Source: an uncultured Gammaproteobacteria bacterium
Lineage (GTDB): Bacteria > Patescibacteriota > Patescibacteriia > JAHIZJ01
DNA: 64,000 nucleotides
Direction of reading: 5' to 3'
Assembly: GCA_964594455.1 (NCBI GenBank)
Contig: CAZQLY010000001.1
Span: 133,989 to 197,988 of the forward strand
The translations under genes were made by a program, and so were the position numbers. Below are positions 49,049 through 59,123 of this stretch, in pieces (position 1 is the stretch's first letter; every line of letters starts with the position of its first letter). The notes beneath the pieces are model-generated. The model saw only the letters and a list, made by a program, of their open reading frames with translations, did no database searches and had not been told where the DNA came from.

Positions 49049-50544
49049 CCAAGCTGGAATCAGTAATTGGATTAGAAATTCACGTTCAGCTCAATACCAA
49101 GAGCAAGATGTTTTGCGGTTGTGATAACAAAAGCGATGAGGCTGAACCAAATACTAACATCTGCTCAGTCTGTACTGGACAGCCAGGCACCTTACCGGTG
49201 GTAAATGATTTGGCGTTGCGTTGGGGGATTAAAGCTGCTTTGGCCATGAACTGCACAATTTTACCCAAGACTAAATTTGATCGCAAGAACTATTTCTACC
49301 CAGATTTACCCAAAGGTTATCAAATTTCACAATATGATCTGCCTTTAGCCCAAGATGGTTTTTATAAAATCAAGTCAGGGGAGACATTAATTAAAGTTGG
49401 GATAGTGCGCGTGCATCTAGAAGAGGATTCAGCAAAGTTAATCCATCCGGCGGGTATGAAACACAGCTTGGTAGATTTTAACCGCTCTGGCACTCCTTTG
49501 ATTGAAATAGTTACTGAACCAGATTTTCGTCAGCCGTCAGAAGCCAGAGCCTTCTTGCAGTCCTTAAGACTTTTGATGCGATATTTGAAGATTTCAGATG
49601 CTGACATGGAAAAAGGACACTTGAGATGCGACGCTAACATTTCTTTACGACCAGTTGGTGATGTTCGGCTTTACACTAAGACAGAAATAAAAAACATGAA
49701 TTCATTCCGCTCGGTTGAAAACGCCTTAGCCTATGAAATCAAAAGACAGACTAAACTCTGGCAAAATAATGAAGTATCCAACCAACAGACCACCAGAGGT
49801 TGGGACGAAAATAAAGGTGTGACAGTAGAGCAAAGGAGTAAAGAAGGCGAGGCAGATTATAGATACTTTCCAGAACCAGATATTCCACCTATCGTGGTGA
49901 CTGCAGATATGATAAAAAGGCTTAAATCCGAGCTGCCCGAATTACCTGAACAGCGCCGAGTTAGATTTGTCGAAGATTATGCTTTTAGTGAAAAAGAAAT
50001 AAGTTTCTTGGTAGAAAACGTTGAATTGGCAAATTATGTAGAAGGAGTAGTGTCGGAACTAAGAGCCTGGTTCTTAGCCGAGCGACCCAAAGAAAGAGGC
50101 AAGGAGTTCTACGTTCAAAGGGATAAAATAACTCACTTGGCTGCCAGTTGGATTATAAACAAACTGGTCAAGCTGATGTATGATGCCGGAAAGACAGTAA
50201 AAGACTTGAAAATAACCCAAGAGAATTTTGCCGAATTTATTAAATTAATATACCAGGACAGAATTAACTCTCGTAACGCTCAAGAAGTAATGAAAGAGAT
50301 GTTTGAAAAAGGTCGCGATCCCTCAGACGTGATTGAAGAAAAAGACCTCTGGCAGCTGGGCACTCAAGAGGATTTGGAATTGATAGTTGATAAAGTAATT
50401 AACGACAATCCCAAACAAGTCGAGGAGTACAAATCAGGCAAGCTGGCCGTTTTACAATACTTGATTGGCCAGGTGATGAAGGAGTCGCGCGGTAAGGCCA
50501 ACCCCGAAGTGGTAAATCATATTTTAGTTCATAAGCTTAAATAG
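49030..50544 (+). CDS. gatB: Asp/Glu-tRNA amidotransferase subunit B
   Basis: IGLEIHVQL, FDRKNYFYPDLPKGYQISQ, DYRYFPEPD, GKANP. Confidence 0.97.
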   Translation: MAEKKVAKLESVIGLEIHVQLNTKSKMFCGCDNKSDEAEPNTNICSVCTGQPGTLPVVNDLALRWGIKAALAMNCTILPKTKFDRKNYFYPDLPKGYQISQYDLPLAQDGFYKIKSGETLIKVGIVRVHLEEDSAKLIHPAGMKHSLVDFNRSGTPLIEIVTEPDFRQPSEARAFLQSLRLLMRYLKISDADMEKGHLRCDANISLRPVGDVRLYTKTEIKNMNSFRSVENALAYEIKRQTKLWQNNEVSNQQTTRGWDENKGVTVEQRSKEGEADYRYFPEPDIPPIVVTADMIKRLKSELPELPEQRRVRFVEDYAFSEKEISFLVENVELANYVEGVVSELRAWFLAERPKERGKEFYVQRDKITHLAASWIINKLVKLMYDAGKTVKDLKITQENFAEFIKLIYQDRINSRNAQEVMKEMFEKGRDPSDVIEEKDLWQLGTQEDLELIVDKVINDNPKQVEEYKSGKLAVLQYLIGQVMKESRGKANPEVVNHILVHKLK

Positions 50545-50546
50545 TA

Positions 50547-52097
50547 TTGTCTGAGCAAGTTATAGAAAAAAAAGTAGAGCTGGAGCGGATCATTAAAAAA
50601 CGCTCCTGGTTTTTAATTATATTAGCGGTAGCACTATCAGGAGCTTCAGCCTTGATTTATGAGGTCATAGCTGAACGCGTTCTGGAAATATTTTCCAATG
50701 GTTCACTATATTCGGTAACAACTGTATTAATAGTCTTTTTGGGAGGAATAGCTATCGGAGCTGGCTTAATGACTGAGTTAAGAAAGAAATATCAATTAGA
50801 AGCACCAGCATTTGTAATCATCCAAATGGTGATTGCCATATACAGCAGCTGTCTCCTAACACAATTTGGTTGGCTGCCATCTATTTTCGATAGGATCGAA
50901 GAATATATTTCATCACAAATCGCGGTGTTATTAATTGGTGGCATCTTCTATTTATTGATACCTGCTATTTTAATCGGTAGCGTTTTTCCATTAGCAGCCG
51001 CACTGATATTAGAAAGGGGGCAAGCAGATACCAAAAGAAGATTGGGCTGGCTCTATAGTTTTGATGTTATTGGAGCGGTAGTGGGGGCGGCCCTGGCTGG
51101 ATTTTGTTTGATCCCATTTCTAGGTTTAGTTAAAACACTATTAGTGGCCGCAGCGTTAAATTTAATTGCTAGTTTACTGTTACTAAATTACAAAAGGATC
51201 ACTCTGATGTATTGGCTTTTATTCTTTGCAATAATGTCCTTAGGGGTCTATCTATTCGTTCCGTATCAGTCAAATTTGAGCTTAGGAAGAGATTATGATC
51301 GGAACGAATCCTATACTCTACGATTTAACGAAAACGAACTTTTGTACAAAACCAGTTCACCCTATGGTTTGGTGACAGTGAGAGAAGAAGAATGGACCGA
51401 AGGTGGCCAGAACAGGATAATGGCCATAGGGGAACGTGATCAGTGTCAGTCAAAAGCCAGCGAATCTGAACAGCGTTTAGCGTTATCAACATTATCCAGC
51501 TTTAAAGAATCAGCCCGAGTGTTACATATTGGTTTAGGATGCGGATTCACACTACAAAAAATTTTGGAGTTTAATCCCGAATTAATTGACGTTGTTGAAA
51601 TCAATCGGGTTGTTCCCAGCATTGCTGATCAGTGGTTTGGTGAATTAAACGGACAGGCTTTGGACGATTCTAGGGTCAATCTGATAGTTGATGATGGAGC
51701 TGAAGTAGTAAGAAGAGGTGAAGATAAATACGACGTTATAATAATAGATATTGAGAATCCTACAATTGTTCATTCATCGCCTCTCTATACCTTGGAATAT
51801 TTCCGATACGCTGAAAGAATTCTCAAGCCGGGTGGTCGATTAGCTTTATGGGGTTATCAGTCGCAAGATTATAGGTATTTGAAAAGTTTAGTGAAAACGC
51901 TGGAAGAGGTTTTTGAACATGTAGACTTTTACCAGGATAATGCCTATATTTTTGTGGCCAGTCAGGGAGCGGTGGATTTATCTGAATTTGATTTGTATAA
52001 TACACGTGAGAGGTTAAGAGTAGAAATAAACAAACTTGATTCTATTGAAATAAATACCATAGATAACCTTGTTTTAGAAAAATATTATAATCCTTAA
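50547..52097 (+). CDS. Membrane-fused spermidine synthase-like SAM-binding protein
   Basis: SGASALIYEV TM domain; HIGLGCG, VVEIN, DDG, YDVIIID, LKPGG. Confidence 0.8.
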   Translation: MSEQVIEKKVELERIIKKRSWFLIILAVALSGASALIYEVIAERVLEIFSNGSLYSVTTVLIVFLGGIAIGAGLMTELRKKYQLEAPAFVIIQMVIAIYSSCLLTQFGWLPSIFDRIEEYISSQIAVLLIGGIFYLLIPAILIGSVFPLAAALILERGQADTKRRLGWLYSFDVIGAVVGAALAGFCLIPFLGLVKTLLVAAALNLIASLLLLNYKRITLMYWLLFFAIMSLGVYLFVPYQSNLSLGRDYDRNESYTLRFNENELLYKTSSPYGLVTVREEEWTEGGQNRIMAIGERDQCQSKASESEQRLALSTLSSFKESARVLHIGLGCGFTLQKILEFNPELIDVVEINRVVPSIADQWFGELNGQALDDSRVNLIVDDGAEVVRRGEDKYDVIIIDIENPTIVHSSPLYTLEYFRYAERILKPGGRLALWGYQSQDYRYLKSLVKTLEEVFEHVDFYQDNAYIFVASQGAVDLSEFDLYNTRERLRVEINKLDSIEINTIDNLVLEKYYNP

Positions 52098-52107
52098 TGT
52101 TATAAAT

Positions 52108-52302
52108 ATGGGAGAAAGAGGATCAGACATAGAAAAATATAGAGAAGGGCAGTTTTCTGACAGCTTTGCAAGCGAGGAAGAGGAAAAAGATCCGGAAAAA
52201 CTGAAAGAAGCCACCAGAAGGCTTAAAGACAAAAGATTGGGTCGAAAACCGGACAGAAGTATTGAAATTCCGGATACAGAGGCTGGTAAGAAAGAATCAT
52301 AA
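52108..52302 (+). CDS. Small charged hypothetical protein
   Basis: 64-aa ORF in an intergenic position. Confidence 0.45.
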   Translation: MGERGSDIEKYREGQFSDSFASEEEEKDPEKLKEATRRLKDKRLGRKPDRSIEIPDTEAGKKES

Positions 52303-52324
52303 ATATCTGTGGATAAAAACAGCA

Positions 52325-52443
52325 TTGACCGAATATCATTCAGGTGATATGCTCTGTTTCAGATATGAATAACCACGGAATGAAACAAGTGAATAGGAGG
52401 GCTAAGGCCTGAGGAAATCCCCGGATGACGGGGAATTTTTTTT
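52325..52443 (+). promoter_or_regulatory. pyrBI promoter with leader ORF and attenuator-like terminator
   Basis: TTGACC-N17-TATGCT; ORF 52365-52412; TCCCCG-GATGA-CGGGGA-A-T8 upstream of pyrB. Confidence 0.55.
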
Positions 52444-52513
52444 GGTCTGAAGCTCTGTGGTTATAGAATGTACGTTGATAATCGGGCATGAAAAACACGC
52501 AAGGAGGGGGTTG

Positions 52514-53992
52514 ATGAAACACGTAATCAGCGCGCAGGATTTCCGGGCTGACTGGGTTCAGGAGGTGCTGGAGCGAGCCACTTTCAATATCGAAACCTAC
52601 CGTAGTGGTGAGCCGAAGGGACACAAAAGCACCAAGGCGACAGTGTTCATTGCTGAGCCAAGCACCCGGACCAGCGGGTCCTATAGTGAGGCTGCCCGAC
52701 TGGCCGGCTGTGCCAGGGAGGGTATTTCTGGCGCCGATCTGACTTCATTGGTCAAAGGTGAAACTTTAGGAGCGACCGGTAGAATGTTCAGTGGCCAGAA
52801 CACAGCACTGCTGCCTATTCGCACTAGGATCGAAGGAGGAGCCAGGTGGCTGACCGAGATGTTCGCGATGGAGGGTTATGAATACCTGACCGCAGTTCAT
52901 AACTGCGGCGATGGATCCAACGAACATCCGACTCAAGCCTTGCTTGATCTGCTGACGATCCAGCAGAAATTGAATCGCTTAACAGACCTGAAGATCGGGT
53001 TTGTAGGTGATCTGAGGAACAGCCGGACGGTTCACTCATTGGTCGGGGTTCTCAGGCTTTTCACTGGCATCAAGATTGTCCTGGTGTCTTCACCATCAGT
53101 CAAACTGCCTGGGTGGTACACCGAAGGAATGGAGGTTGAGCAATCACAAGAGATTGAGGCGCTCCGTGGATGCGACGTTGTCTATGTCACGCGTGTCCAA
53201 GCAGAGCGTTTCGGTGGCAACAAGGTAGAGTATGAGCGTGTCCGGGGCCTGTATTCAATTGGCGTCAAGGAATTGGAGTTGATTGGTCCTAAGACTCAGA
53301 TAATGCATCCTCAGCCGATCAATCAGACTGACCGTGATATCGATCCGAGGATTTGGCGTCATCCGCAAGTGGTCATGGATTTTCAAGCTCAGATGGGAAT
53401 TCCAATGCGCATGGCTCTGATCGAATGGTCGTTGGCTCATATCAAGGACAGTGTTGTATCTGAAGCTCCTAAGCCAGGAATCGCTGTTTTGAGCGAGCGC
53501 TCAGCTGGCGAGGCCTTGCGGGCCAAGCATGCGAGGAATCAATACTTCACGCCAATTGAGCGGGGAACGGTTATCGATCACATTCCGCACGGCTTGGGCG
53601 CGAAGGTTGAAGCAGTATCTAACGCTGAAGCTAATAACGGCGATGGTGCTGTCCTGTTGCTCAAGAGACTCCGGACTCAAGGTGATCCTGGGACCAAGGA
53701 TGTGTTGGTAATCGAGGACGGATTCCTGTCTGATGCGGAGAAAGCAGCTATCTCGGTGATTGCACCAAGTGCGGTCTTCAACGAGATCAGAGAGGGACAA
53801 ATCATCAAGATGCGAGTCGAATCGGTTTCACAGATCGGCATCGGCAAGTGTCCCAATTCCAACTGCATTACCCAACAGGACATCGAAGCCGCACTGTATC
53901 CTGGTTTCAGTATCGTGATTGAAGACGGCGGACACATCAGACTGGTCTGCCGCTACTGCGAAAGACACTTCCATCGCGAGGAAGTGATCTAG
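52514..53992 (+). CDS. pyrB: Aspartate carbamoyltransferase catalytic-regulatory fusion PyrB-PyrI (cassette gene)
   Basis: EPSTRT, KGETL, HPTQALLD, GDL..SRT.HS, YVTRVQ.ER, MHP.P; C-terminal GTVIDHI and CPNSNC..CRYCE zinc domain; AAGGAGGGG SD. Confidence 0.9.
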   Translation: MKHVISAQDFRADWVQEVLERATFNIETYRSGEPKGHKSTKATVFIAEPSTRTSGSYSEAARLAGCAREGISGADLTSLVKGETLGATGRMFSGQNTALLPIRTRIEGGARWLTEMFAMEGYEYLTAVHNCGDGSNEHPTQALLDLLTIQQKLNRLTDLKIGFVGDLRNSRTVHSLVGVLRLFTGIKIVLVSSPSVKLPGWYTEGMEVEQSQEIEALRGCDVVYVTRVQAERFGGNKVEYERVRGLYSIGVKELELIGPKTQIMHPQPINQTDRDIDPRIWRHPQVVMDFQAQMGIPMRMALIEWSLAHIKDSVVSEAPKPGIAVLSERSAGEALRAKHARNQYFTPIERGTVIDHIPHGLGAKVEAVSNAEANNGDGAVLLLKRLRTQGDPGTKDVLVIEDGFLSDAEKAAISVIAPSAVFNEIREGQIIKMRVESVSQIGIGKCPNSNCITQQDIEAALYPGFSIVIEDGGHIRLVCRYCERHFHREEVI

Positions 53993-54037
53993 CATTTGTT
54001 CATTCATCGGGAGAAGTCATCTGACCTCTCCCTTTTT

Positions 54038-54913
54038 TTATTTAAGAAATTGTTTTGTTAACCTGTTGGCTTGGTTTCTATTGGTGATCCAGTGAATATT
54101 TTTATCTCTGCGAAACCAGGTTAGTTGGCGCTTAGCATAATGACGCGTATCGCGCTTTATCAAATCTATGGCTTCTTGTTTGGATAATTTATCTCGCAGA
54201 AACAATCCGATTTGTTTGTAGCCAATACCCGACATGGCTGGTAAATTCCAAGAATATTTTTTGGCTAATTTTTTTGCTTCAGCAATTAAACCTTTATTTA
54301 TCATATTATCAACTCGCCCGTTGATTCTTTTATACAAGACATCGCGGTCTATTTTTAATCCTAATTGCAAAACATCAAAAGCTGGTGTCTGATTGTTTAT
54401 TCGCGATTTACCTTTTGTGGATTTAGCTATCTCAATAGCTCGAATAAGGTAGCGTTTGTTATGAGGATTGATTTTCTTTGCTGAATTCGGATCAAGACGT
54501 TTTAACTGAGCCAGTAATTGAGCTGTGGTTTTTTTGTTTAATATCTTCCTCAAGGCAATGTCGGGTTTAACCTTAGGCAAGGAATATCCCTCAATGATTG
54601 ACGATATGTACAGGCCGGTTCCTCCAACTAGAATCGGTAATTTATTGGCTGGTATCTTCTTTATTGTTTTGTAAAAATCTTTTTGGAAATCAGCCAGCGT
54701 ATACTTCTGGCTTGGCTTGACTATGTTTATCAAGTAATGTTTGACGTATTTCAGTTCGGCTGAAGAAGGTTTGGCGGTTCCGATATTCATCTCCTTGTAT
54801 ATTTGTCTGGAATCGGCTGAAATGATGATGCCGTTGTATTTTTTAGCCAAATACAAAGCCAACTCTGATTTCCCGGAAGCAGTTGGTCCTAAAATAACTA
54901 GTAGTTTTTTCAT
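54038..54913 (-). CDS. miaA: tRNA dimethylallyltransferase
   Basis: GPTASGKS, SADSRQIY, GTAKP, VGGTGLY, YAKRQ.TWF. Confidence 0.96.
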   Translation of the reverse strand: MKKLLVILGPTASGKSELALYLAKKYNGIIISADSRQIYKEMNIGTAKPSSAELKYVKHYLINIVKPSQKYTLADFQKDFYKTIKKIPANKLPILVGGTGLYISSIIEGYSLPKVKPDIALRKILNKKTTAQLLAQLKRLDPNSAKKINPHNKRYLIRAIEIAKSTKGKSRINNQTPAFDVLQLGLKIDRDVLYKRINGRVDNMINKGLIAEAKKLAKKYSWNLPAMSGIGYKQIGLFLRDKLSKQEAIDLIKRDTRHYAKRQLTWFRRDKNIHWITNRNQANRLTKQFLK

Positions 54914-54995
54914 TGGCCGTAGTTTATCTCAATGATATAGTGATTGCGTTGATAGTGATGGTTCTTTATGACGCGAACAGAAGGAGGGAAGAAAT

Positions 54996-55490
54996 GTGAT
55001 AGACGAGATCTTTTTTGCTTGGACGGCTATATGGCAGGAACAGACCACGGCTGTTGCTATGTACCTTGCTGGGTACGCTTTCTGGAAAGGTTACATAGTC
55101 CTAGTCAGCGGATCTAGCATTGGGATAATCATCTGCTATTTCTTTCCTGATTATACCAAATGGCTGGGTCAGCGGACAGTCGAGTCGATAGAAACAGCCA
55201 CACAGAGAAGGCTGCGCGATACCCGCCTCATGATTTGGTGTCAGCACTACTGGCTAGCTATTGAGAAGGCACGGGCGAGATTAATCGATCGGATAGTTGC
55301 AAACAATTATCCTCAACTGATTGTCTTTGCCAGTACAGCCATACCAATACCTTTTCTCTGGCTGGCTCCGATAGCCGCCACCAGGATTCTGAAGCTGCGA
55401 CGGGGATTTACGATCGTCTATTCAGCCAGTGTCGTGCGATCGTTGATAATTGCACTGGTAACATATCGGGTCCTAGTAACGTTAAAATAA
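54996..55490 (+). CDS. Hypothetical membrane protein (cassette gene) antisense between miaB and miaA
   Basis: TTGGCC-N17-TATAGT; GGTTCTTTA 54960-54968; AAGGAGGG; TM segments. Confidence 0.65.
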   Translation: MIDEIFFAWTAIWQEQTTAVAMYLAGYAFWKGYIVLVSGSSIGIIICYFFPDYTKWLGQRTVESIETATQRRLRDTRLMIWCQHYWLAIEKARARLIDRIVANNYPQLIVFASTAIPIPFLWLAPIAATRILKLRRGFTIVYSASVVRSLIIALVTYRVLVTLK

Positions 55491-55493
55491 CGC

Positions 55494-56858
55494 TTATCGT
55501 TTTTTAGGCGAAGAGCGTTTTTTTAATTCTCCCGTTAGATTCCAGGCTGTAGCTGATGTTACATTAACAGTTTTAAAACGACCTGTTAGATCACTGGTTG
55601 ATTTTACTCTGATATTTTTAAATCCGTAAGTTTTACCGTCACAATAGCCTTTCTGACATTTTTCAAAAAGAACCCGCTGTTCTGAATTAATCAATTTTTT
55701 GTTTTTCGCTAAAGCCACTTTTTTCAAAATTGAATTAAGGTTTTTTTCTCGCGTAGCTTTTATATCATGTGGAATATCATCTTTAAGTCTGGCTGCCATA
55801 GTACCGGGTCGGGGCGAGTATTGAGCAATATAAGCCATATCAAATTTAACCTCTTTGACTAGCTGACAAGTTTTTTGGAAATCTGATTCAGTTTCTCCGC
55901 AAAAACCTACAATAATGTCAGTTGATATTACAGCGTTTGGAATTTGTTTTTTTATTTTATTTATCTGTTCTTTATAGTGTTCAATAGTATAAAGCCGATT
56001 CATTCTTTTTAAAACTTCATTGCTTCCGGATTGTACTGCTAGGTGAATATAAGGCGTTATTTTTTTATTACTAGCTACTGTTTTAATTAAATTTTCGTCC
56101 ATATCGTAGGGGTGGCTGGTAATAAACCTAATCCAGAAGTCACCGGGCAGAATAGCAATATTTTTCAGCAGGGTAGGGAAATTCATTGGGTTATTTACCG
56201 CTCTTTTGTTGATTTCCAGTTGACCCTGAGCTCCTTTTTTATGAATTAATACCTTTCCTTTGGGGTGGTTTATAGCCACTCCTTCGAAATCCCAGCCATA
56301 AGAGTTTACGTTTTGCCCAAGCAAGGTGATTTCTTTATATCTCTTCTTAATTAATTGTTTTATTTCGTAAATAATATCATCGGGAGGACGAGATACTTCA
56401 CGGCCACGAGTGTAGGGGACAGCGCAGTAACTGCAGAATTTATTGCAGCCGGTTGAAATCGGAACAAAAGCCTGGAATTTAGAATTATAGTTTGGTTTTA
56501 TGGTTAAGTATTCTTCCCTGGCTGTGTTTTTGGCTTTTTTATTGATTAATAGAGCGGGTAATTCTTGAATATCTTTGATCGGCAATATATGATCAAACAC
56601 TTCGGACATTTTTATTTTGTCTAAATCCAAAACACAGCCGGTTAATATTGTAATGGCGCCTGTCTGCTTCCAGCGTCTGGCTCGTCCATAAATACGATCA
56701 ACCGCTTTTTGTCTGACCGCGCAAGCCACAACTAAAATCAGATCGGCCAAGCTTTCCTTGTTTGTCCTACGGTAGTTAAGCTCCTTTAATATAGTCTCCA
56801 GGCGTTCAGCGTCGGAGATGTTCATCTGACAACCAAAAACCTGTATATAATATTTCAT
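55494..56858 (-). CDS. miaB: tRNA methylthiotransferase MiaB
   Basis: FGCQMN, CAVR, GCNKFCSYCAVPYTRG, TDIIVGF, YSPRPGT, TRAM tail. Confidence 0.93.
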   Translation of the reverse strand: MKYYIQVFGCQMNISDAERLETILKELNYRRTNKESLADLILVVACAVRQKAVDRIYGRARRWKQTGAITILTGCVLDLDKIKMSEVFDHILPIKDIQELPALLINKKAKNTAREEYLTIKPNYNSKFQAFVPISTGCNKFCSYCAVPYTRGREVSRPPDDIIYEIKQLIKKRYKEITLLGQNVNSYGWDFEGVAINHPKGKVLIHKKGAQGQLEINKRAVNNPMNFPTLLKNIAILPGDFWIRFITSHPYDMDENLIKTVASNKKITPYIHLAVQSGSNEVLKRMNRLYTIEHYKEQINKIKKQIPNAVISTDIIVGFCGETESDFQKTCQLVKEVKFDMAYIAQYSPRPGTMAARLKDDIPHDIKATREKNLNSILKKVALAKNKKLINSEQRVLFEKCQKGYCDGKTYGFKNIRVKSTSDLTGRFKTVNVTSATAWNLTGELKKRSSPKKR

Positions 56859-56931
56859 ATAATGATATTAATAAATTACCCCTCGTGTTGAAATGGTACG
56901 AGGGGCATTTACTCTTGCCTGATCGTTTGTG

Positions 56932-57276
56932 TTATTGTTCCAACCCCTCATCATTGTCTTCTGCCTCCTCCCTGGCTGTAGTCCTCGCTGCACATTGTTG
57001 TGCTTCGGTGAAGATGTCCACGATACCACTGATTGATTCTTGTACCTGCCTGGCTGCGATCTTCTCGGCCGATCTCACTGCCGGTTCTGGGTAGCCTCTC
57101 AAGCTTAATTCCTCTGGATGAGAGAATATTGGACTCGACAATAGACCCAGCAATCGAGACATGGTGTTGCGGTCAATCCGTCCTTCTTGATAAAGCCACT
57201 GGATGTCGACTCCTGCCTGCCTTAACCCCTGACGGAGCTTAGCCAGGTAGGCGGTTCTAGGAGTTACTTCTGTCAT
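56932..57276 (-). CDS. Hypothetical protein (cassette gene); start at ATG 57276
   Basis: GAGGTGAT SD; TTGACA(57365-57360)-N16-TACGAT; hairpin CCCCTCGT..ACGAGGGG 56879-56905. Confidence 0.65.
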   Translation of the reverse strand: MTEVTPRTAYLAKLRQGLRQAGVDIQWLYQEGRIDRNTMSRLLGLLSSPIFSHPEELSLRGYPEPAVRSAEKIAARQVQESISGIVDIFTEAQQCAARTTAREEAEDNDEGLEQ

Positions 57277-57372
57277 GGCGATCACCTCGATTCAGACCAG
57301 GGCAAGAGTAATAAAGAGGTGAAAGGATCGTGACACTATCGTAGCAGGTGATATTTTATTGTCAAATGGGTA

Positions 57373-59109
57373 TTATTGTCTTTCTGTAACTGACTTTTCT
57401 AGATTTTTGATAAAGGAAGATATAGAAACGATGGAAACTTTGTCGTCTCCTCGAGCCCTAACGTGCAACTTGCTGCTCTTTAGCTCTTTATCTCCGATTA
57501 CCAATATGTAAGGGGTTTTTTGCTTGATCGCTTTGCGGATTTTATTACCTACCGTTTCATTGGCGCTGTCTACATAAACACGCAGGTTGTGTGATTTGAA
57601 TTCTTCAGCCAATTTCTCCGAAGGCTTGATATGTGCAGATCCTACCGGGACGATTTGAATTTGCACTGGAGACATCCAAACAGGAAAGGCTCCGGCGTAA
57701 TGTTCAATGATAATGCTCAAGAATCTTTCCATTGATCCGGCTACCGCAATATGAATCATCACCGGTCTAGCCTTTTTACCTTTATCGTCGGTATATTCCA
57801 GCTTGAATCTCTCGGGTAGATTGAAGTCTAGCTGTATTGTGGAAAGCTGCCAGGTGCGGCCCAATGAGTCCTCGGCTTTGAAATCTATCTTGGGACCGTA
57901 AAAAGCAGCCTCGCCTTCGCAAATATCATAATTTATTTTTTTTTGATCTAAGAAATCTTTGAGTAGTTTTTCTGATTTTTTCCAGATTACATCACTGCCG
58001 AGATATTTATCAGGTGTTTTTGGATCACGCACTGACAGCTCAACCTTGATAGGAAACCCGAATACTTTGTTGAATTTACTAATAATGTTATAGGCTCGTT
58101 CAGCTTCAGTGGTTATTTGGTCCGGACGACAGAATATATGCGTATCGTCTATGGTTATAGATCTGACTCGGGAAAGTCCCAGCAGTTCGCCCGTTTGTTC
58201 ATCACGGTACATTTTGGTAGTTTCGGCTAAGCGCACGGGCAAATCACGATAACTACGCGGCAGGGAAGAGTAGATCATCACATGATGAGGGCAGTTCATA
58301 GGTTTGAGTACAAATTCCTCGCTTTTGCCTTTGACATAAAAGATATCGTTTTTAAACTTATCCCAATGCCCAGACGTTTTGTAGAGATCACTTTTAGCAA
58401 TATGCGGTATATCAACCAGCTCATAACCCTGCTCTGATTTTAATTCATTAAGAAGTTTGTTAACTTCATTCATCAAGATGGTACCTTTGGGTAAATAAAG
58501 AGGTAGTCCCGGACCGACTAAATCAGAGAAGGCGAATAGTTCTAATTCTTGACCCAATTTTCTGTGCTCTCTCTTTTCTGCTTCATCCCTTTGTAGCTGG
58601 TATTCATCTAGCTGTTTTTTTGTGTCAAAAGCTACACCGTATATTCTTTGCATCTGAGGATTTTTTTCATCGCCTCGCCAGTAGGCACCTGCCACAGAGA
58701 TCAATTTAAAAGCTGCTGGATCAATGTCTCGAGTTGTATTGACATGCGGGCCTCCACAAAGGTCGATAAAGTTGGCTGAACGATAAAAAGTAATCGGTTT
58801 TTTATCCCTGATTAGATCTTTAACCAGCTCTTCTTTGAAAGGCTGATCTTTTACAATCTTCTTGGCTTCATCAGCTGAAACCGACAGGCGTTCGAAACTA
58901 ATAGATTTCTTAACAAGCTGACGCATTCTTTTCTCCAGTTTTGGCAGATCCTTAATTGTGATCTTATCTGGTAGGTCAAAGTCGTAATAAAAGCCATTAT
59001 CTATGGTTGGCCCAATTCCCAGCTTGGCATTTGGATACTGCTCTAGAACGGCCATAGCCATGAGATGTGACAGAGAATGTCTAATTTTTTCTAATTGCTC
59101 TTTTTTCAT
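57373..59109 (-). CDS. thrS: Threonyl-tRNA synthetase
   Basis: RHSLSHL, GFYYDF, DLCGGPH, KPMNCP, GEAAFYGPKID, TIQLDF. Confidence 0.97.
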   Translation of the reverse strand: MKKEQLEKIRHSLSHLMAMAVLEQYPNAKLGIGPTIDNGFYYDFDLPDKITIKDLPKLEKRMRQLVKKSISFERLSVSADEAKKIVKDQPFKEELVKDLIRDKKPITFYRSANFIDLCGGPHVNTTRDIDPAAFKLISVAGAYWRGDEKNPQMQRIYGVAFDTKKQLDEYQLQRDEAEKREHRKLGQELELFAFSDLVGPGLPLYLPKGTILMNEVNKLLNELKSEQGYELVDIPHIAKSDLYKTSGHWDKFKNDIFYVKGKSEEFVLKPMNCPHHVMIYSSLPRSYRDLPVRLAETTKMYRDEQTGELLGLSRVRSITIDDTHIFCRPDQITTEAERAYNIISKFNKVFGFPIKVELSVRDPKTPDKYLGSDVIWKKSEKLLKDFLDQKKINYDICEGEAAFYGPKIDFKAEDSLGRTWQLSTIQLDFNLPERFKLEYTDDKGKKARPVMIHIAVAGSMERFLSIIIEHYAGAFPVWMSPVQIQIVPVGSAHIKPSEKLAEEFKSHNLRVYVDSANETVGNKIRKAIKQKTPYILVIGDKELKSSKLHVRARGDDKVSIVSISSFIKNLEKSVTERQ

Positions 59110-59123
59110 AATTGTAATAATTT

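Noticed and set aside
52325-52443. PyrR-binding attenuator
   Set aside because: The conserved ARUCCNGNGAGGYU PyrR loop was not found
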